64,000 nucleotides of DNA from a bacterium (GTDB taxonomy: Bacteria > Actinomycetota > Acidimicrobiia > Spongiisociales > UBA5794). A model generated the notes under the pieces. That model was not told where the DNA came from, ran no database searches, and saw only the letters and a list, made by a program, of their open reading frames with translations. Shown here in pieces: positions 1 to 11,438 of this stretch. Numbering within the stretch: position 1 is the stretch's first letter; every line of letters starts with the position of its first letter. Location: assembly GCA_024228555.1 (NCBI GenBank), contig JAAETI010000304.1, forward strand, positions 6,229 to 70,228. Direction: 5' to 3'. Both the position numbers and the translations under genes were made by a program.

Positions 1-1215
1 GATGGCCCCATCGGTCACGTCGTAGAGACGCAGCAGCAACTTGATCAGAGTCGTCTTACCGGAGCCGGTTGCCCCCACGAACGCCGTCGTGGCACCTGGT
101 GCGAGGTCGAGGTCGATGCCAAACAGCACCGGGTAGCCGGGGCGGTAGGCAAAGCCAACGTCATCGAACTCGATGCGACCATTCACATCGGCTCGGTCCA
201 ACTCGCCGTCTCCAGAAACAATCTCAGCGGGGGTGTCGAGAACATCGAGTATGCGATTGGTTGAGGCCATCGCTCGTTGATACAGGTCGAAGGTCTGGCC
301 GAGCCGGGTAAGCGGCCACAGGAGGCGTTGAGTAAGGAACACCATCGTGCTGTAGGCACCAACGGCAAGACGATCGTCGAGGGTCAGGAAACCACCCCAC
401 AGCAGCGTTGCGGTGAAGCCGAGCAGGACGACGATGCGGATCAGCGGGGAGAACGCCGCACTGAGGGTGATGGCGCTGCGGTTCGCTTCCCGGTAGTGCT
501 CACTCTCCTCGGTGACCCGATCGATCTCCCTGTCCTCCGAGGTGAACGCTTTGATGGTGGCGATACCTCCGAGGTTGTTGGCGAGGAGGCTGCTGATCGC
601 CCCGGCGGCCTCACGGACCCGGGCATACCGAGGCTCCATGCGTTTCTGGAACCGGAATGAACCCCACAGAATCAGTGGGATCGGGAGGAAGGCCACCCAG
701 GCGATGCTCGGTGCCAAGACAAAGAACATGAACCCGATCAGCACCACGGTCGTGAGCACCTGGAGAACCTCGTTTGCTCCCGTATCCAAGAAGCGTTCGA
801 GCTGGTTGACGTCGTCGTTGAGGATGGCCATGAGATTGCCCGTTGCCTGGTCCTCGAAATAGGCCATCTCCAGCTGCTGCATGTGGGCGTAGGCGTCGAG
901 CCGCATCTCGTGCTGGATGGTCTGGGCGAGATTGCGCCAGGCGACCCCGAGGAGATACTCGAAGAGTGATTCGAGACCCCAGATGACGAACGTCAGGAAC
1001 GTCAAAACCACCAGTTGGCTACGGGCCGTTTCGAAACCCCAGTTGGAGAGAAACGCTCCCTCCTTGTTCACTGCGATATCGACGGCCATTCCGATCAACA
1101 CCGGGGGAGCGATATCGAATGCCTTGTTGAGGATGGACCATGTTGCGGCACGAATTAGGTTGCCACGGTGGGATTCTGCGTATTGCCAGAGACGGCGGAG
1201 CGGAGCTTGTTCCAT
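1..1215 (-). CDS. ABC transporter, fused permease/ATP-binding (ABCB-like); 3' end runs off the window
   Basis: Read manually on the minus strand: ATG at 1215 ([18 protein letters not shown]...), hydrophobic TM segments, Walker [10 protein letters not shown] near 50-76; absent from the ORF track because there is no stop in the window. Confidence 0.9.
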   Translation of the reverse strand, partial: MEQAPLRRLWQYAESHRGNLIRAATWSILNKAFDIAPPVLIGMAVDIAVNKEGAFLSNWGFETARSQLVVLTFLTFVIWGLESLFEYLLGVAWRNLAQTIQHEMRLDAYAHMQQLEMAYFEDQATGNLMAILNDDVNQLERFLDTGANEVLQVLTTVVLIGFMFFVLAPSIAWVAFLPIPLILWGSFRFQKRMEPRYARVREAAGAISSLLANNLGGIATIKAFTSEDREIDRVTEESEHYREANRSAITLSAAFSPLIRIVVLLGFTATLLWGGFLTLDDRLAVGAYSTMVFLTQRLLWPLTRLGQTFDLYQRAMASTNRILDVLDTPAEIVSGDGELDRADVNGRIEFDDVGFAYRPGYPVLFGIDLDLAPGATTAFVGATGSGKTTLIKLLLRLYDVTDGAI

Positions 1216-1272
1216 AGAGCCATTCACCCTAGACCGTCATCAACCGGCCGCTAGTTCGGCGATAATTGTCTG

Positions 1273-1887
1273 ATGCAGTTGCCAATGTTCCCACTCGGCT
1301 CGGTGCTCTTTCCCGGTGCGGTCCTTCCGCTGCAAGTGTTTGAGCCTCGCTATCGTGCGCTGGTGACTGATGTCGCTGCAGGAGATGGATGCTTTGGCGT
1401 TGTCCTGATCAATCGTGGCAGCGATATCGGCGGTGGTGATGAGCGCACCGAGGTCGGATCGATCGCCGATCTGGTCCGCAACGGCGAAGCCGAAGACGGT
1501 CGAATCCTCATCGTGGCAGTCGGACGGGAGCGGATCAGGGTGTCCGATTGGCTCGAGGATGATCCGTACCCCCGCGCCATGGTCGAACCATTCCCAGAAG
1601 GAGAGGTCCGGTCCGGCATTGATGTTGCAATCAAGAAGGTGGTCGCGGCGCGCAGCAAGCTGTTGGCGCTCGCCATCGAAATGGGCGCCCACGGGCAGAA
1701 CCTCGACCTCGACCTGCCCGACGATCCCGCGGCTGCCGCTTGGAGCCTCTGCGAGGCCGCCCCGGTAGGTTCCTTCGATCGACAACGGCTGATCGAAACG
1801 GATGGTGCTGTAGAGCGGCTTGAGCTTCTCGAGAGGATGATGAGCGACCAGACCACGGATCTCGTCGAAGTCTTGCGGCGCGGCTAA
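1273..1887 (+). CDS. LON peptidase substrate-binding (N-terminal) domain protein
   Basis: LPMFPLGSVLFPG..LPLQVFEPRY motif; FGVVLI.RG. Confidence 0.9.
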   Translation: MQLPMFPLGSVLFPGAVLPLQVFEPRYRALVTDVAAGDGCFGVVLINRGSDIGGGDERTEVGSIADLVRNGEAEDGRILIVAVGRERIRVSDWLEDDPYPRAMVEPFPEGEVRSGIDVAIKKVVAARSKLLALAIEMGAHGQNLDLDLPDDPAAAAWSLCEAAPVGSFDRQRLIETDGAVERLELLERMMSDQTTDLVEVLRRG

Positions 1888-1896
1888 CCGCAGTCG

Positions 1897-4410
1897 CTAG
1901 TCGCCAAGGTCGGGAACACCGATGAAGATGACAATGGTCTGCTCCGGTTCAACCAGTGCTCCACCCGGGGGACTAGTGCTGATCACATGACCGATGGCCG
2001 AGGGTTCATCGGTGGGGACGTTCTCGATCGTCCAGGTCAGATTGAGGCCCGATTCCTCGTTGAACGTTGTGAATGTGGCTTCGAGATCGGCGAGGGCCAC
2101 TCCGCGGAGGTCGATTAGCTCTGGGGCAACACCCGACGAGAACCGAACGGTTACCACTCCACCCTGGGTAACTTCGGCTCCACCCCGTGGACTCTGACTG
2201 AGGAACGTGCCTTCCGGTTCGAGAGAAGCTACTCGCGAGACATTGGCACGCAGGCCTGCTTTGTAGATTGCGTCTCGTGCGTCCTTCTCGCTCATCCCAC
2301 TGACGTTAGGGACCTCTGTCTTTGGAGTGCGGAAGAATGCGGACGTGCCTTCGGGCGCTTCGGGGAAGGGTGTCTCGGGGATGTTCTCTTTTTCGATCAT
2401 CCACGTCATGAAGTCGTGATAGACCGGGCCGGCCACGCTACCGCCGTACGCCCTGCGGATCGACTGTGTGGTGTCGGTGCGTTCGTTGTAGACGGTGAAA
2501 TTGACCATCTCGATTTGGGCGTCGGCGTGGCCAACCCAGACGGCCGTTGTGTATTGAGGTATTGCACCGACGAACCAGACATCGCGGAAGTTCTGTGCGG
2601 TACCCGTCTTGCCAAACTGGTCACGACCGATGTTGGCGGCGGGCGCAGTTCCACCACCACGGGGCACCTTGCGCAGTGTCTGCACAACGGCAGCCGAGAG
2701 GGCTTCGTCCAGAACACGGGTCGGCTCGACCTCGTGCTCGTACAGCACGTTTCCTGAGGAGTCGACGATGCTCTCGATGAGGTAGCTGTCGATCTTGTCG
2801 CCGTAGTTGGCGATTGTCGAATAGGCCGATGCCATCTCCAGTGGCGTCACTGCCTGAGTACCCAGGGCAATTGAGAGCACCGGGCTGAGCGGCGACTCGA
2901 TGCCGATCTTGTGGGCGGTGTCGACGATGTTCTCGGGGCCGACCGCCAGCGACACCTGCGCATATACAGTGTTCTTCGACGTGTAGGTGGCTTGCTCCAG
3001 AGTCATGACTCCCTGACCGCCACCGCCTGCGTTGTTAACGGTCCAGATGTTGCCCTGCGGGCTACAGGGGAAGCCACAGTCGATCTTCTGCGGGCTCGTG
3101 TAATCCCACCAGGTGCCCAGCGTGATCGGCCAACCAAACTGGCTGCCGTTTTCGAGCCCAGAGACCAGCGCGATCGGTTTGAATGATGAACCGGCCTGAC
3201 GCCGTCCCTTGGTGGCAAGGTCGTAGGTGCGTTCGCCTGCTTCGAAGTCGTCGCCGAAGTCGAGCCCCGAGGAGATAACGCGGATTGCGCCGGTTTCGTT
3301 TTCGATCATGGCGATTGCTCCGGTTGGCCCCTCCGGATCCCGGAACCATGACCGCAGCATGCGGTTGGCTTCCTGCTGCTGCTCATAGTTGACCGTGACC
3401 GTGATAGTCAGCCCACCGCCACCTTCGCAGTCGGTGTCGCTGGCGGGGCACCCGAACAGGGCTTCCTTACGCTGTGTAAAGGTCTCGCCGAGTCCGAATG
3501 GGTCGGTGGGGTCGTTGAGGATGCGCTCTCGTGCTTCGATGATGATGCGCGGATCGACGTCTTCGAAGTCGACGTGTTCGATGGGTGCGAGCGGCTCAGC
3601 TTGGGCGGAGAGGGACTCTTCTTCGGTGATGAAGCCGTTCTTCTCCATCTGTTTGATGACTGAGTTGCGTCGATCCAGGACGGTGTCGGTGTTCTCGCGG
3701 ATGTTGTAGACCGTAGGGTTCCGAATCGGAACCGCAATTGAGGCTGCCTCTGCAATCGTGACGTTTCCGAGGTCCTTGCCAAAATACTCTTGAGAGGCAG
3801 CGGCCACGCCATAGGCGTTCTCACCGAAGAACTGGGAGTTGAGATAGAACTCGAGGATCTCGTCTTTGGTGTAGGTGCGCTCCAACTCAGCAGCGATGAC
3901 AGCCTCACAGATCTTTCTGTCGATCGTGATCTCATCAGTCAGAACGTTCTTTTTGATGATTTGCTGGGTGATCGTCGATCCGCCGCGGGTACTGCCGGTG
4001 CGTGCATTGTCTAGGGCGGCGCTGAGAATCGAAGAGAAGTCGATGCCCTCATGCGTGTAGAAATCACCATCCTCAGCGGAGACGACCGCCCATTGCACGA
4101 TCTCAGGAATCTCCTCGATCGATACCGGCTGGCTATTGCGCTCAGTCAGCTTGCCAAGCAGGACCCCGTCGCTTGTGTAGACCTCAGAAAGGCTGCCGAG
4201 AGCGGGGAAACTCAGGTCGTAGTCGTCGGGATCGCAAACCAGATCGCCGGCGACATCATCGACGGTGCCAAATGCCGCATTGGCCTCCAAAAAAGCGAAT
4301 ATGCCGAATAGGGATGCGCCGAGCACCGTGATGACAGCGATGAGGGCAACGCTGGAAACGCGCTTGCCGCGGCGTTCCCTTCGTTCGATTAGGTGAAGGC
4401 TTGGATCCAT
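1897..4410 (-). CDS. Class A penicillin-binding protein (transglycosylase/transpeptidase) with C-terminal PASTA domains
   Basis: EDxxFYxHxG, GGSTITQQ, SSFK (SxxK), SKN, KTGT; PASTA-like VPNVSGM tail; N-terminal TM. Confidence 0.95.
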   Translation of the reverse strand: MDPSLHLIERRERRGKRVSSVALIAVITVLGASLFGIFAFLEANAAFGTVDDVAGDLVCDPDDYDLSFPALGSLSEVYTSDGVLLGKLTERNSQPVSIEEIPEIVQWAVVSAEDGDFYTHEGIDFSSILSAALDNARTGSTRGGSTITQQIIKKNVLTDEITIDRKICEAVIAAELERTYTKDEILEFYLNSQFFGENAYGVAAASQEYFGKDLGNVTIAEAASIAVPIRNPTVYNIRENTDTVLDRRNSVIKQMEKNGFITEEESLSAQAEPLAPIEHVDFEDVDPRIIIEARERILNDPTDPFGLGETFTQRKEALFGCPASDTDCEGGGGLTITVTVNYEQQQEANRMLRSWFRDPEGPTGAIAMIENETGAIRVISSGLDFGDDFEAGERTYDLATKGRRQAGSSFKPIALVSGLENGSQFGWPITLGTWWDYTSPQKIDCGFPCSPQGNIWTVNNAGGGGQGVMTLEQATYTSKNTVYAQVSLAVGPENIVDTAHKIGIESPLSPVLSIALGTQAVTPLEMASAYSTIANYGDKIDSYLIESIVDSSGNVLYEHEVEPTRVLDEALSAAVVQTLRKVPRGGGTAPAANIGRDQFGKTGTAQNFRDVWFVGAIPQYTTAVWVGHADAQIEMVNFTVYNERTDTTQSIRRAYGGSVAGPVYHDFMTWMIEKENIPETPFPEAPEGTSAFFRTPKTEVPNVSGMSEKDARDAIYKAGLRANVSRVASLEPEGTFLSQSPRGGAEVTQGGVVTVRFSSGVAPELIDLRGVALADLEATFTTFNEESGLNLTWTIENVPTDEPSAIGHVISTSPPGGALVEPEQTIVIFIGVPDLGD

Positions 4411-4480
4411 GGTTTCAGGTGTATAGACGTTGCCGATCGCAGAATGGTTCCCAGAGGTACCATCTCCAGCAGTCTGATGG

Positions 4481-6073
<1,593 letters not shown>

Positions 6074-6091
6074 GACGTTGGCTCACAAGCT

Positions 6092-6136
6092 GGAGCTCGC
6101 CTTGCGAGCTCCCAAGGAACCCGCAAAGCGGGTTCC
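6092..6136. repeat. Two tandem GC-rich palindromes with 3-nt loops between convergent genes (REP-like or bidirectional terminator)
   Basis: ggagctcgc-ctt-gcgagctcc (6092-6112) and ggaacccgc-aaa-gcgggttcc (6116-6136). Confidence 0.7.
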
Positions 6137-6154
6137 CGTACTCCGTAAATGGAT

Positions 6155-7903
6155 CTATTTGATGACCATGAGGACGGTGCCGTTGGTGACGGTGTCTCCA
6201 GGCTGAATCCGCATGTCGATGATCTCGCCGTCCCTCGGCGACTTGATCTCGTTCTCCATCTTCATGGCCTCGAGCACACACAGCGGTTCGCCCTCTTTGA
6301 CCGGCTCTCCGGCCGCCTTGTGGACTTTCACGATTGTGCCCTGCATTGGGGCTGCGACCAGACCGCTGTCGTCCGCAGGTCCAGAGTGGCGGTCGAGCTT
6401 GGGGGGTCGGCGGCGCGGCGCCGCCTTTTGCCCACCGGCTGACGGAGCCGCCATGACCGGCGCCCAATACTTGACCTGGAAACGCCGACCCCCGACCTCA
6501 ACGGTGATTGCCCGCTCTTCTTGTTCCTCCTCAGTGGGGAGATGCGGAGCGATGTCCCCCTCGAGGTCAGAGAAGTCCAGGTTCTCTTCGACCCATCGCG
6601 TCGAATAGCCGCCCTCGGCGAACCCATCGGTGCCGAGGATCTTGAGATGTGCGGGAATAGTTGTCGCCAGACCTGTGATCTGGAACGACCTGAGAGCGTT
6701 TCTGCCACGGCAAATCGCTTCGTTACGATCGCGACCCCAGACCACAAGCTTCGCAATGAGGTTGTCGTAGTACTGGCTGATCGCAGAGCCCGCGCCGACA
6801 CCGCTGTCGACACGGACACCTGGCCCACCCGGTTCCCGGTAGTCGACGATGGTGCCCGGGTTCGGCATGAAGTTGCGTGCGGGATCCTCGGCGTTGATCC
6901 GGAACTCGATCGCATGGCCGCGTGGCTCCGTAGCGGTGAAGCTGAGCGGCTCGCCGGCCGCGACACGGAGCTGTTCCTTCACGAGGTCGATCCCGGTGAC
7001 AGCCTCAGTGATGGTGTGTTCCACCTGAATCCGCGTGTTCATCTCCAGAAAGTAGAACTCACCATCCTGCGTCATCAGGAATTCGATCGTCCCCGCCGAC
7101 ACGTAGTCGGTGGCTTTGGCGACGGCCAGCGCGGCTGCAGCGATCTTGGTGCGTTGCGCTTCCGTGACGCCGACGGCGGGAGTCTCCTCGACCAACTTCT
7201 GATGACGGCGTTGCGCCGAGCAGTCACGCTCTCCAACGAACACCGCATTGCCATGGGTGTCACAAATGATCTGAGCTTCGATATGACGGGGTTCATCGAG
7301 GTACTTCTCGACGTAGACCTCGGGTCGAGAGAAATAGGCGTCGGCTTCGCGACGAGCCGCATCGAAAGCAGTTTCGAGGTCCCCCTCCTCGTGGACGACG
7401 CGGAGGCCCTTGCCGCCGCCACCATGTGCGGCCTTGATGGCGATCGGGTAGCCGTGCTCAGCTGCAAACGACTTGACATCTGCTGCGGCGGCGAGCGGTT
7501 CCTGAGTCCCCGGCACGGCAGCAACGCCGGCTTTGCCGACCGCCACTCGGGATGCGATCTTGTCGCCCATCGTGATGATTGCCTTGGGCGAGGGGCCAAC
7601 CCAAATGATGCCGGCATCAATGACAGCCTGGGCAAACCCTGCATTCTCGGCGAGGAACCCGTAGCCCGGATGGATGGCAGAAGCGTCCGCTGCTTTGGCC
7701 ACTTCGAGAATGCGCTCGATGTTGAGATACGACTCGCCCGCCGGAGCTGGTCCGATGTTCCATGCTTCGTCGGCCAGGTCGACGTGCATCGCGTTGCGAT
7801 CCAACTCTGAGTAGACCGCAATGGTGCGCTTGCCAATCTCCTTGGCGGCACGAATGACTCTGACGGCGATTTCACCACGATTGGCAACTAGTACTGATTC
7901 CAC
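6155..7903 (-). CDS. Acetyl/propionyl-CoA carboxylase alpha subunit (biotin carboxylase + BCCP)
   Basis: VLVANRGEIA, HPGYGFLAEN, GGGGKG, RDCSAQRRHQK, biotinylation motif EAMKM. Confidence 0.96.
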   Translation of the reverse strand: MESVLVANRGEIAVRVIRAAKEIGKRTIAVYSELDRNAMHVDLADEAWNIGPAPAGESYLNIERILEVAKAADASAIHPGYGFLAENAGFAQAVIDAGIIWVGPSPKAIITMGDKIASRVAVGKAGVAAVPGTQEPLAAAADVKSFAAEHGYPIAIKAAHGGGGKGLRVVHEEGDLETAFDAARREADAYFSRPEVYVEKYLDEPRHIEAQIICDTHGNAVFVGERDCSAQRRHQKLVEETPAVGVTEAQRTKIAAAALAVAKATDYVSAGTIEFLMTQDGEFYFLEMNTRIQVEHTITEAVTGIDLVKEQLRVAAGEPLSFTATEPRGHAIEFRINAEDPARNFMPNPGTIVDYREPGGPGVRVDSGVGAGSAISQYYDNLIAKLVVWGRDRNEAICRGRNALRSFQITGLATTIPAHLKILGTDGFAEGGYSTRWVEENLDFSDLEGDIAPHLPTEEEQEERAITVEVGGRRFQVKYWAPVMAAPSAGGQKAAPRRRPPKLDRHSGPADDSGLVAAPMQGTIVKVHKAAGEPVKEGEPLCVLEAMKMENEIKSPRDGEIIDMRIQPGDTVTNGTVLMVIK

Positions 7904-7997
7904 GGCGTCATCCTAGGTGGCTGGTCCGGAAATCGCCGTGTCGACTGACTGGCGAAATGCTCTGGTTTCGAGGTACTGATAGGCCTGCTGCAGCGGA

Positions 7998-9548
7998 TCA
8001 CAGCGGGATATTCCCATGCTTTCGTGGCGGCATGGCTTCCCGCTTGGTCCGCAGCATCTCGAGTGCTCGGATCAACCGCGGCCTAGTCTCTCTCGGCTCG
8101 ATGACCTCGTCAACGAACCCTCGCTCGGCGGCAACATACGGGTTGTTGAACTGCGTCTCGTACTCGTCGATCAGCTCGTGGTTGCGAGCTTCGGGATCGT
8201 CTGCCTTGGCGATCTCCCTGCGGTGAATGATGTTGACCGCGCCTTGAGCTCCCATGACGGCAATCTGTGCGGTCGGCCATGCGTAAACGACATCCGCCCG
8301 GACCGCCCGGGAGTTCATGACCACATACGCACCGCCATAGGCCTTGCGGGTAATCACGGTGATCTTGGGAACCGTTGCTTCCGCATATGCATAAAGCAGC
8401 TTGGCGCCGTGACGGATGATGCCACCGTGTTCTTGCTCGATTCCGGGAAGGAACCCGGGAACGTCGACGAACGAGACGATGGGGATGTTGAAGGCGTCGC
8501 AGAACCGGATGAATCGAGCGGCCTTCGCCGAGGACTCGATGTCAAGGGTGCCGGCAAGAATCGCGGGCTGGTTGCCGATGATGCCGACGGCGTAGCCGTC
8601 AAGTCTGGCGAAGCCGATGATGATGTTGGCGGCGTAGTGCTCGTGGACCTGATAGAACTCGCCGTCGTCAACGACGATCTCAACCAGCTCGACCATGTCG
8701 TAGGGGAGATTGGCGTTGTTGGGGATGATCTCGGTGAGATCCTCATCCATCCGATCGGGTCGATCCATTGGGGTGAAGTAAGGCGGAACTTCCATGTTGT
8801 TGCGGGGCAAGAACGAAAGCAGATAGCGGACTTCCTCGAGCGCCGACCTGTCGTCGCTTGCCACAAAGTGAGTGACTCCGGACTTGGTGCCGTGGGCGTG
8901 GGCGCCGCCCAGGTCCTCGAAGGTGACGTCCTCACCGGTGACGGTCCGAATGACCTCGGGACCTGTGATGAACAGGTGGGACAACCCCTCCACCTGGTAG
9001 ACGAAGTCGGTGATAGCGGGGGAGTAGACGGCGCCTCCGGCGCAGGGGCCCATGACCACCGAGATCTGGGGGATCACCCCCGAGGCGCGCACATTGCGCT
9101 CGAATATCCTGCCGTAGCCGTCGAGAGCGGTGACGCCTTCCTGAATGCGTGCTCCACCGGAGTCCTTGAGTCCAATGAGCGGTGCTCCGGTGTCCATTGC
9201 GAGGTCCATGACCTTGCAGATCTTGTCGGCGACGACCGCCCCAAGGCTGCCGCCAAATGCGGTGAAGTCCTCGGCAAAGATGAACACAGTTCTGCCGTCG
9301 ATCGTGCCCCACCCGGTAATGACGGCGTCACCCAAGGGGCGCTTGTCCTCGATGCCAAAGCCCTGGGCCTGGTGCTGAACCAGCATGTCCATCTCTTGGA
9401 ACGAACCCTTGTCGAGAAGCGCCTCGACTCTTTCGCGTGCTGTCAGCTTGCCGAGATCGTGTTGCCGGTCAACGGCGCGTCGACTTGCCGGCTCGTGTGC
9501 CGATTCACGCAGTTGGCGTAACTGTTCGATTAGTTCGTCGGTTGTCAC
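7998..9548 (-). CDS. pccB: Acyl-CoA carboxylase beta (carboxyltransferase) subunit
   Basis: DSGGARIQEG, GPCAGGAVYSPA, VDVPGFLPG, RKAYGGAY, C-terminal KHGNIPL. Confidence 0.93.
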   Translation of the reverse strand: MTTDELIEQLRQLRESAHEPASRRAVDRQHDLGKLTARERVEALLDKGSFQEMDMLVQHQAQGFGIEDKRPLGDAVITGWGTIDGRTVFIFAEDFTAFGGSLGAVVADKICKVMDLAMDTGAPLIGLKDSGGARIQEGVTALDGYGRIFERNVRASGVIPQISVVMGPCAGGAVYSPAITDFVYQVEGLSHLFITGPEVIRTVTGEDVTFEDLGGAHAHGTKSGVTHFVASDDRSALEEVRYLLSFLPRNNMEVPPYFTPMDRPDRMDEDLTEIIPNNANLPYDMVELVEIVVDDGEFYQVHEHYAANIIIGFARLDGYAVGIIGNQPAILAGTLDIESSAKAARFIRFCDAFNIPIVSFVDVPGFLPGIEQEHGGIIRHGAKLLYAYAEATVPKITVITRKAYGGAYVVMNSRAVRADVVYAWPTAQIAVMGAQGAVNIIHRREIAKADDPEARNHELIDEYETQFNNPYVAAERGFVDEVIEPRETRPRLIRALEMLRTKREAMPPRKHGNIPL

Positions 9549-9602
9549 TGCCCGGTCTCCGGTAATCTCGGCGTATCTGTCTATGACTCGCAGAAACGCG
9601 TA

Positions 9603-10277
9603 ATGGCTACACCCTACGACACGATTTTTCTCGACGAGGTGACCTCCACCCAGGATGTCGCCACGGTTGAGCTACGTCGCAGGGCTCGACCGGTGTTGAT
9701 CGTAGCCAACCGTCAGACGCAAGGCCGCGGACGGAGTAGCAACGATTGGTGGCAGGCGACCTCCGCGATCGCCGCATCCCTGGCATTTCCCCACGACACG
9801 GTCAAGGTCTCCGAGACCTTCTCCCTTGTGGTCGGTCTTGCGGTTCGGTTGGCGATTCGGCAAGTTGCCGACGTTGATGTCCAACTCAAATGGCCAAATG
9901 ACATCGAGCAAGGTGGACGCAAGGTCGGTGGGATCCTGGTCGAGACGGACCCAGAGCGAGTCGTTGTCGGTTGCGGCCTCAACTTGTGGTGGCCGGAGGC
10001 GCCGCACGGCGCTGGCGCTCTCTTTGGCGATGAACCTTCGGCGAACTCGGGACGCCTCATCAGCGAAGCGTGGGCGACTTCGCTTCTGGCCGATAGACGC
10101 TGGGATCGAAGCGCCTATCTCCAAGCATGTTCCACGATCGGTGCGGAACTGACGTGGGATCCCGACGGTCACGGCACCGCCAAGGACATTGATGCAAGGG
10201 GCGGCCTCGTCGTATCGACCACGGACGGCGCGGTCACCCTTCGTTCTGGTGAAGTGAGAACGGTTAGGAAGGCGTAG
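9603..10277 (+). CDS. birA: Biotin--protein ligase (group I, no HTH)
   Basis: STQD, QTQGRGR, LKWPND, KVGGILVE; divergent from carboxylase genes. Confidence 0.92.
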   Translation: MATPYDTIFLDEVTSTQDVATVELRRRARPVLIVANRQTQGRGRSSNDWWQATSAIAASLAFPHDTVKVSETFSLVVGLAVRLAIRQVADVDVQLKWPNDIEQGGRKVGGILVETDPERVVVGCGLNLWWPEAPHGAGALFGDEPSANSGRLISEAWATSLLADRRWDRSAYLQACSTIGAELTWDPDGHGTAKDIDARGGLVVSTTDGAVTLRSGEVRTVRKA

Positions 10278-10289
10278 CCGAGCAGTCGA

Positions 10290-11360
10290 TCAGCGGTAGC
10301 GCTTGATCTTTGGTGGCTTCTTCTTTGCCCGCGACTTCACGGTTTTGGCGTCCGAGCGAGCTCGCATCGAGTCTGCAATCTCGGTGTCGCGCATCCAGTT
10401 GGTCATGCGCCGGAACATCGATGGTTTGGGTGGCTTGGGCTGTGCACCGCGCATCGATATGTTCTTTGCGACCTTGGTCCGCTTTACCCTTTGCCCCACT
10501 GTTGGGCCGGCCGGCTTAGCTTCTCGCACACCAAACGACCGTCTCCTGGCGTGGCGCCCACCAGCCCGCGCTCCGGCACCGGCGGCAACTCCATGGCGCT
10601 GCGGCTGCAGGATGGCAATCGTTGCGATGAGTGCGATCAGCGTGAGACCGACAATGGTCAGCCACCACCAGTTGTTGGTGAGGAACGTATCCCCTCCGTC
10701 AGCCGGAACGGCGATGGCAGCAATGGTGGTCGTGGTTGCGACTGGAGCTGCGGTTGTGGTTGTTGTCTCCGGTGGCGCAGTTGTTGTGGTTGTCGGAGCC
10801 GCGGTGGTCGTCGTGGTCGTGGTCGTGGTCGACGTGGTCGTGGTCTCCGGCGGGAGCGTTGTGGTGGTCGTTGTTGTGGTGGTTGTCGTTGGCGCCCGAG
10901 TGGTGGTCGGCGGGCGGGTGGTGGTGGTCGTGGTGGTTGTGGTTGTGGTTGTCGTGGTGGCGGGCACGATTGTCACCGAGATGGTGCAAGAGTCGATGGT
11001 TCCGGGGCCTTCGACGATGCCAACCGATCCGCTGCCAGAAGCACCGGACGCCGCGGTGATTGTTGCGGTCGCGGTCCAGTCTCCTCCGCCGGAGGGGCTG
11101 ACGCCACTGACCACGGCCGAGACGCCTGAGACCGCACCGAGCCTGGCGAATGCGTCACTCGAGGATGAGAAACCGATCGAGACTGACCGTGCTTCTCCGG
11201 CAGGGACGCTCACGCTCGGGCAAGACGTGATGACCGCATGTGCCTCCGTCGTGGCACCAAGCAACACGCCAACGCTCGTGAGCAGCAGCACGAACGCCAT
11301 CACTAGCGGATAGCGAGGTGTGACGGTTTGTGATCTGTTACGGGTCAACGGTTTACCCAA
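10290..11360 (-). CDS. Thr/Pro-rich single-pass surface protein (mucin-like stalk); start uncertain
   Basis: Signal peptide ending AHA, small Cys-pair domain, long poly-Thr tracts, TM WWWLTIVGLTLIALIATIAIL, basic cytoplasmic tail. Confidence 0.75.
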   Translation of the reverse strand: MGKPLTRNRSQTVTPRYPLVMAFVLLLTSVGVLLGATTEAHAVITSCPSVSVPAGEARSVSIGFSSSSDAFARLGAVSGVSAVVSGVSPSGGGDWTATATITAASGASGSGSVGIVEGPGTIDSCTISVTIVPATTTTTTTTTTTTTTRPPTTTRAPTTTTTTTTTTTLPPETTTTSTTTTTTTTTAAPTTTTTAPPETTTTTAAPVATTTTIAAIAVPADGGDTFLTNNWWWLTIVGLTLIALIATIAILQPQRHGVAAGAGARAGGRHARRRSFGVREAKPAGPTVGQRVKRTKVAKNISMRGAQPKPPKPSMFRRMTNWMRDTEIADSMRARSDAKTVKSRAKKKPPKIKRYR

Positions 11361-11438
11361 TCCTTGGTCGCCCTGAGACTAGACGGTCCGACGGATGCCC
11401 ACTTCTCCAGAGAATATCGGGCCAAAACCACGAATGCC

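Noticed and set aside
8016-9521. Long antisense ORFs (also 6521-7810, 18501-19766, 21543-22745, 60421-61767)
   Set aside because: Shadow frames of well-supported genes in high-GC DNA, with no motifs of their own
10303-11313. Poly-Val ORF on the plus strand
   Set aside because: Reverse-complement shadow of the poly-Thr codons of the minus-strand gene
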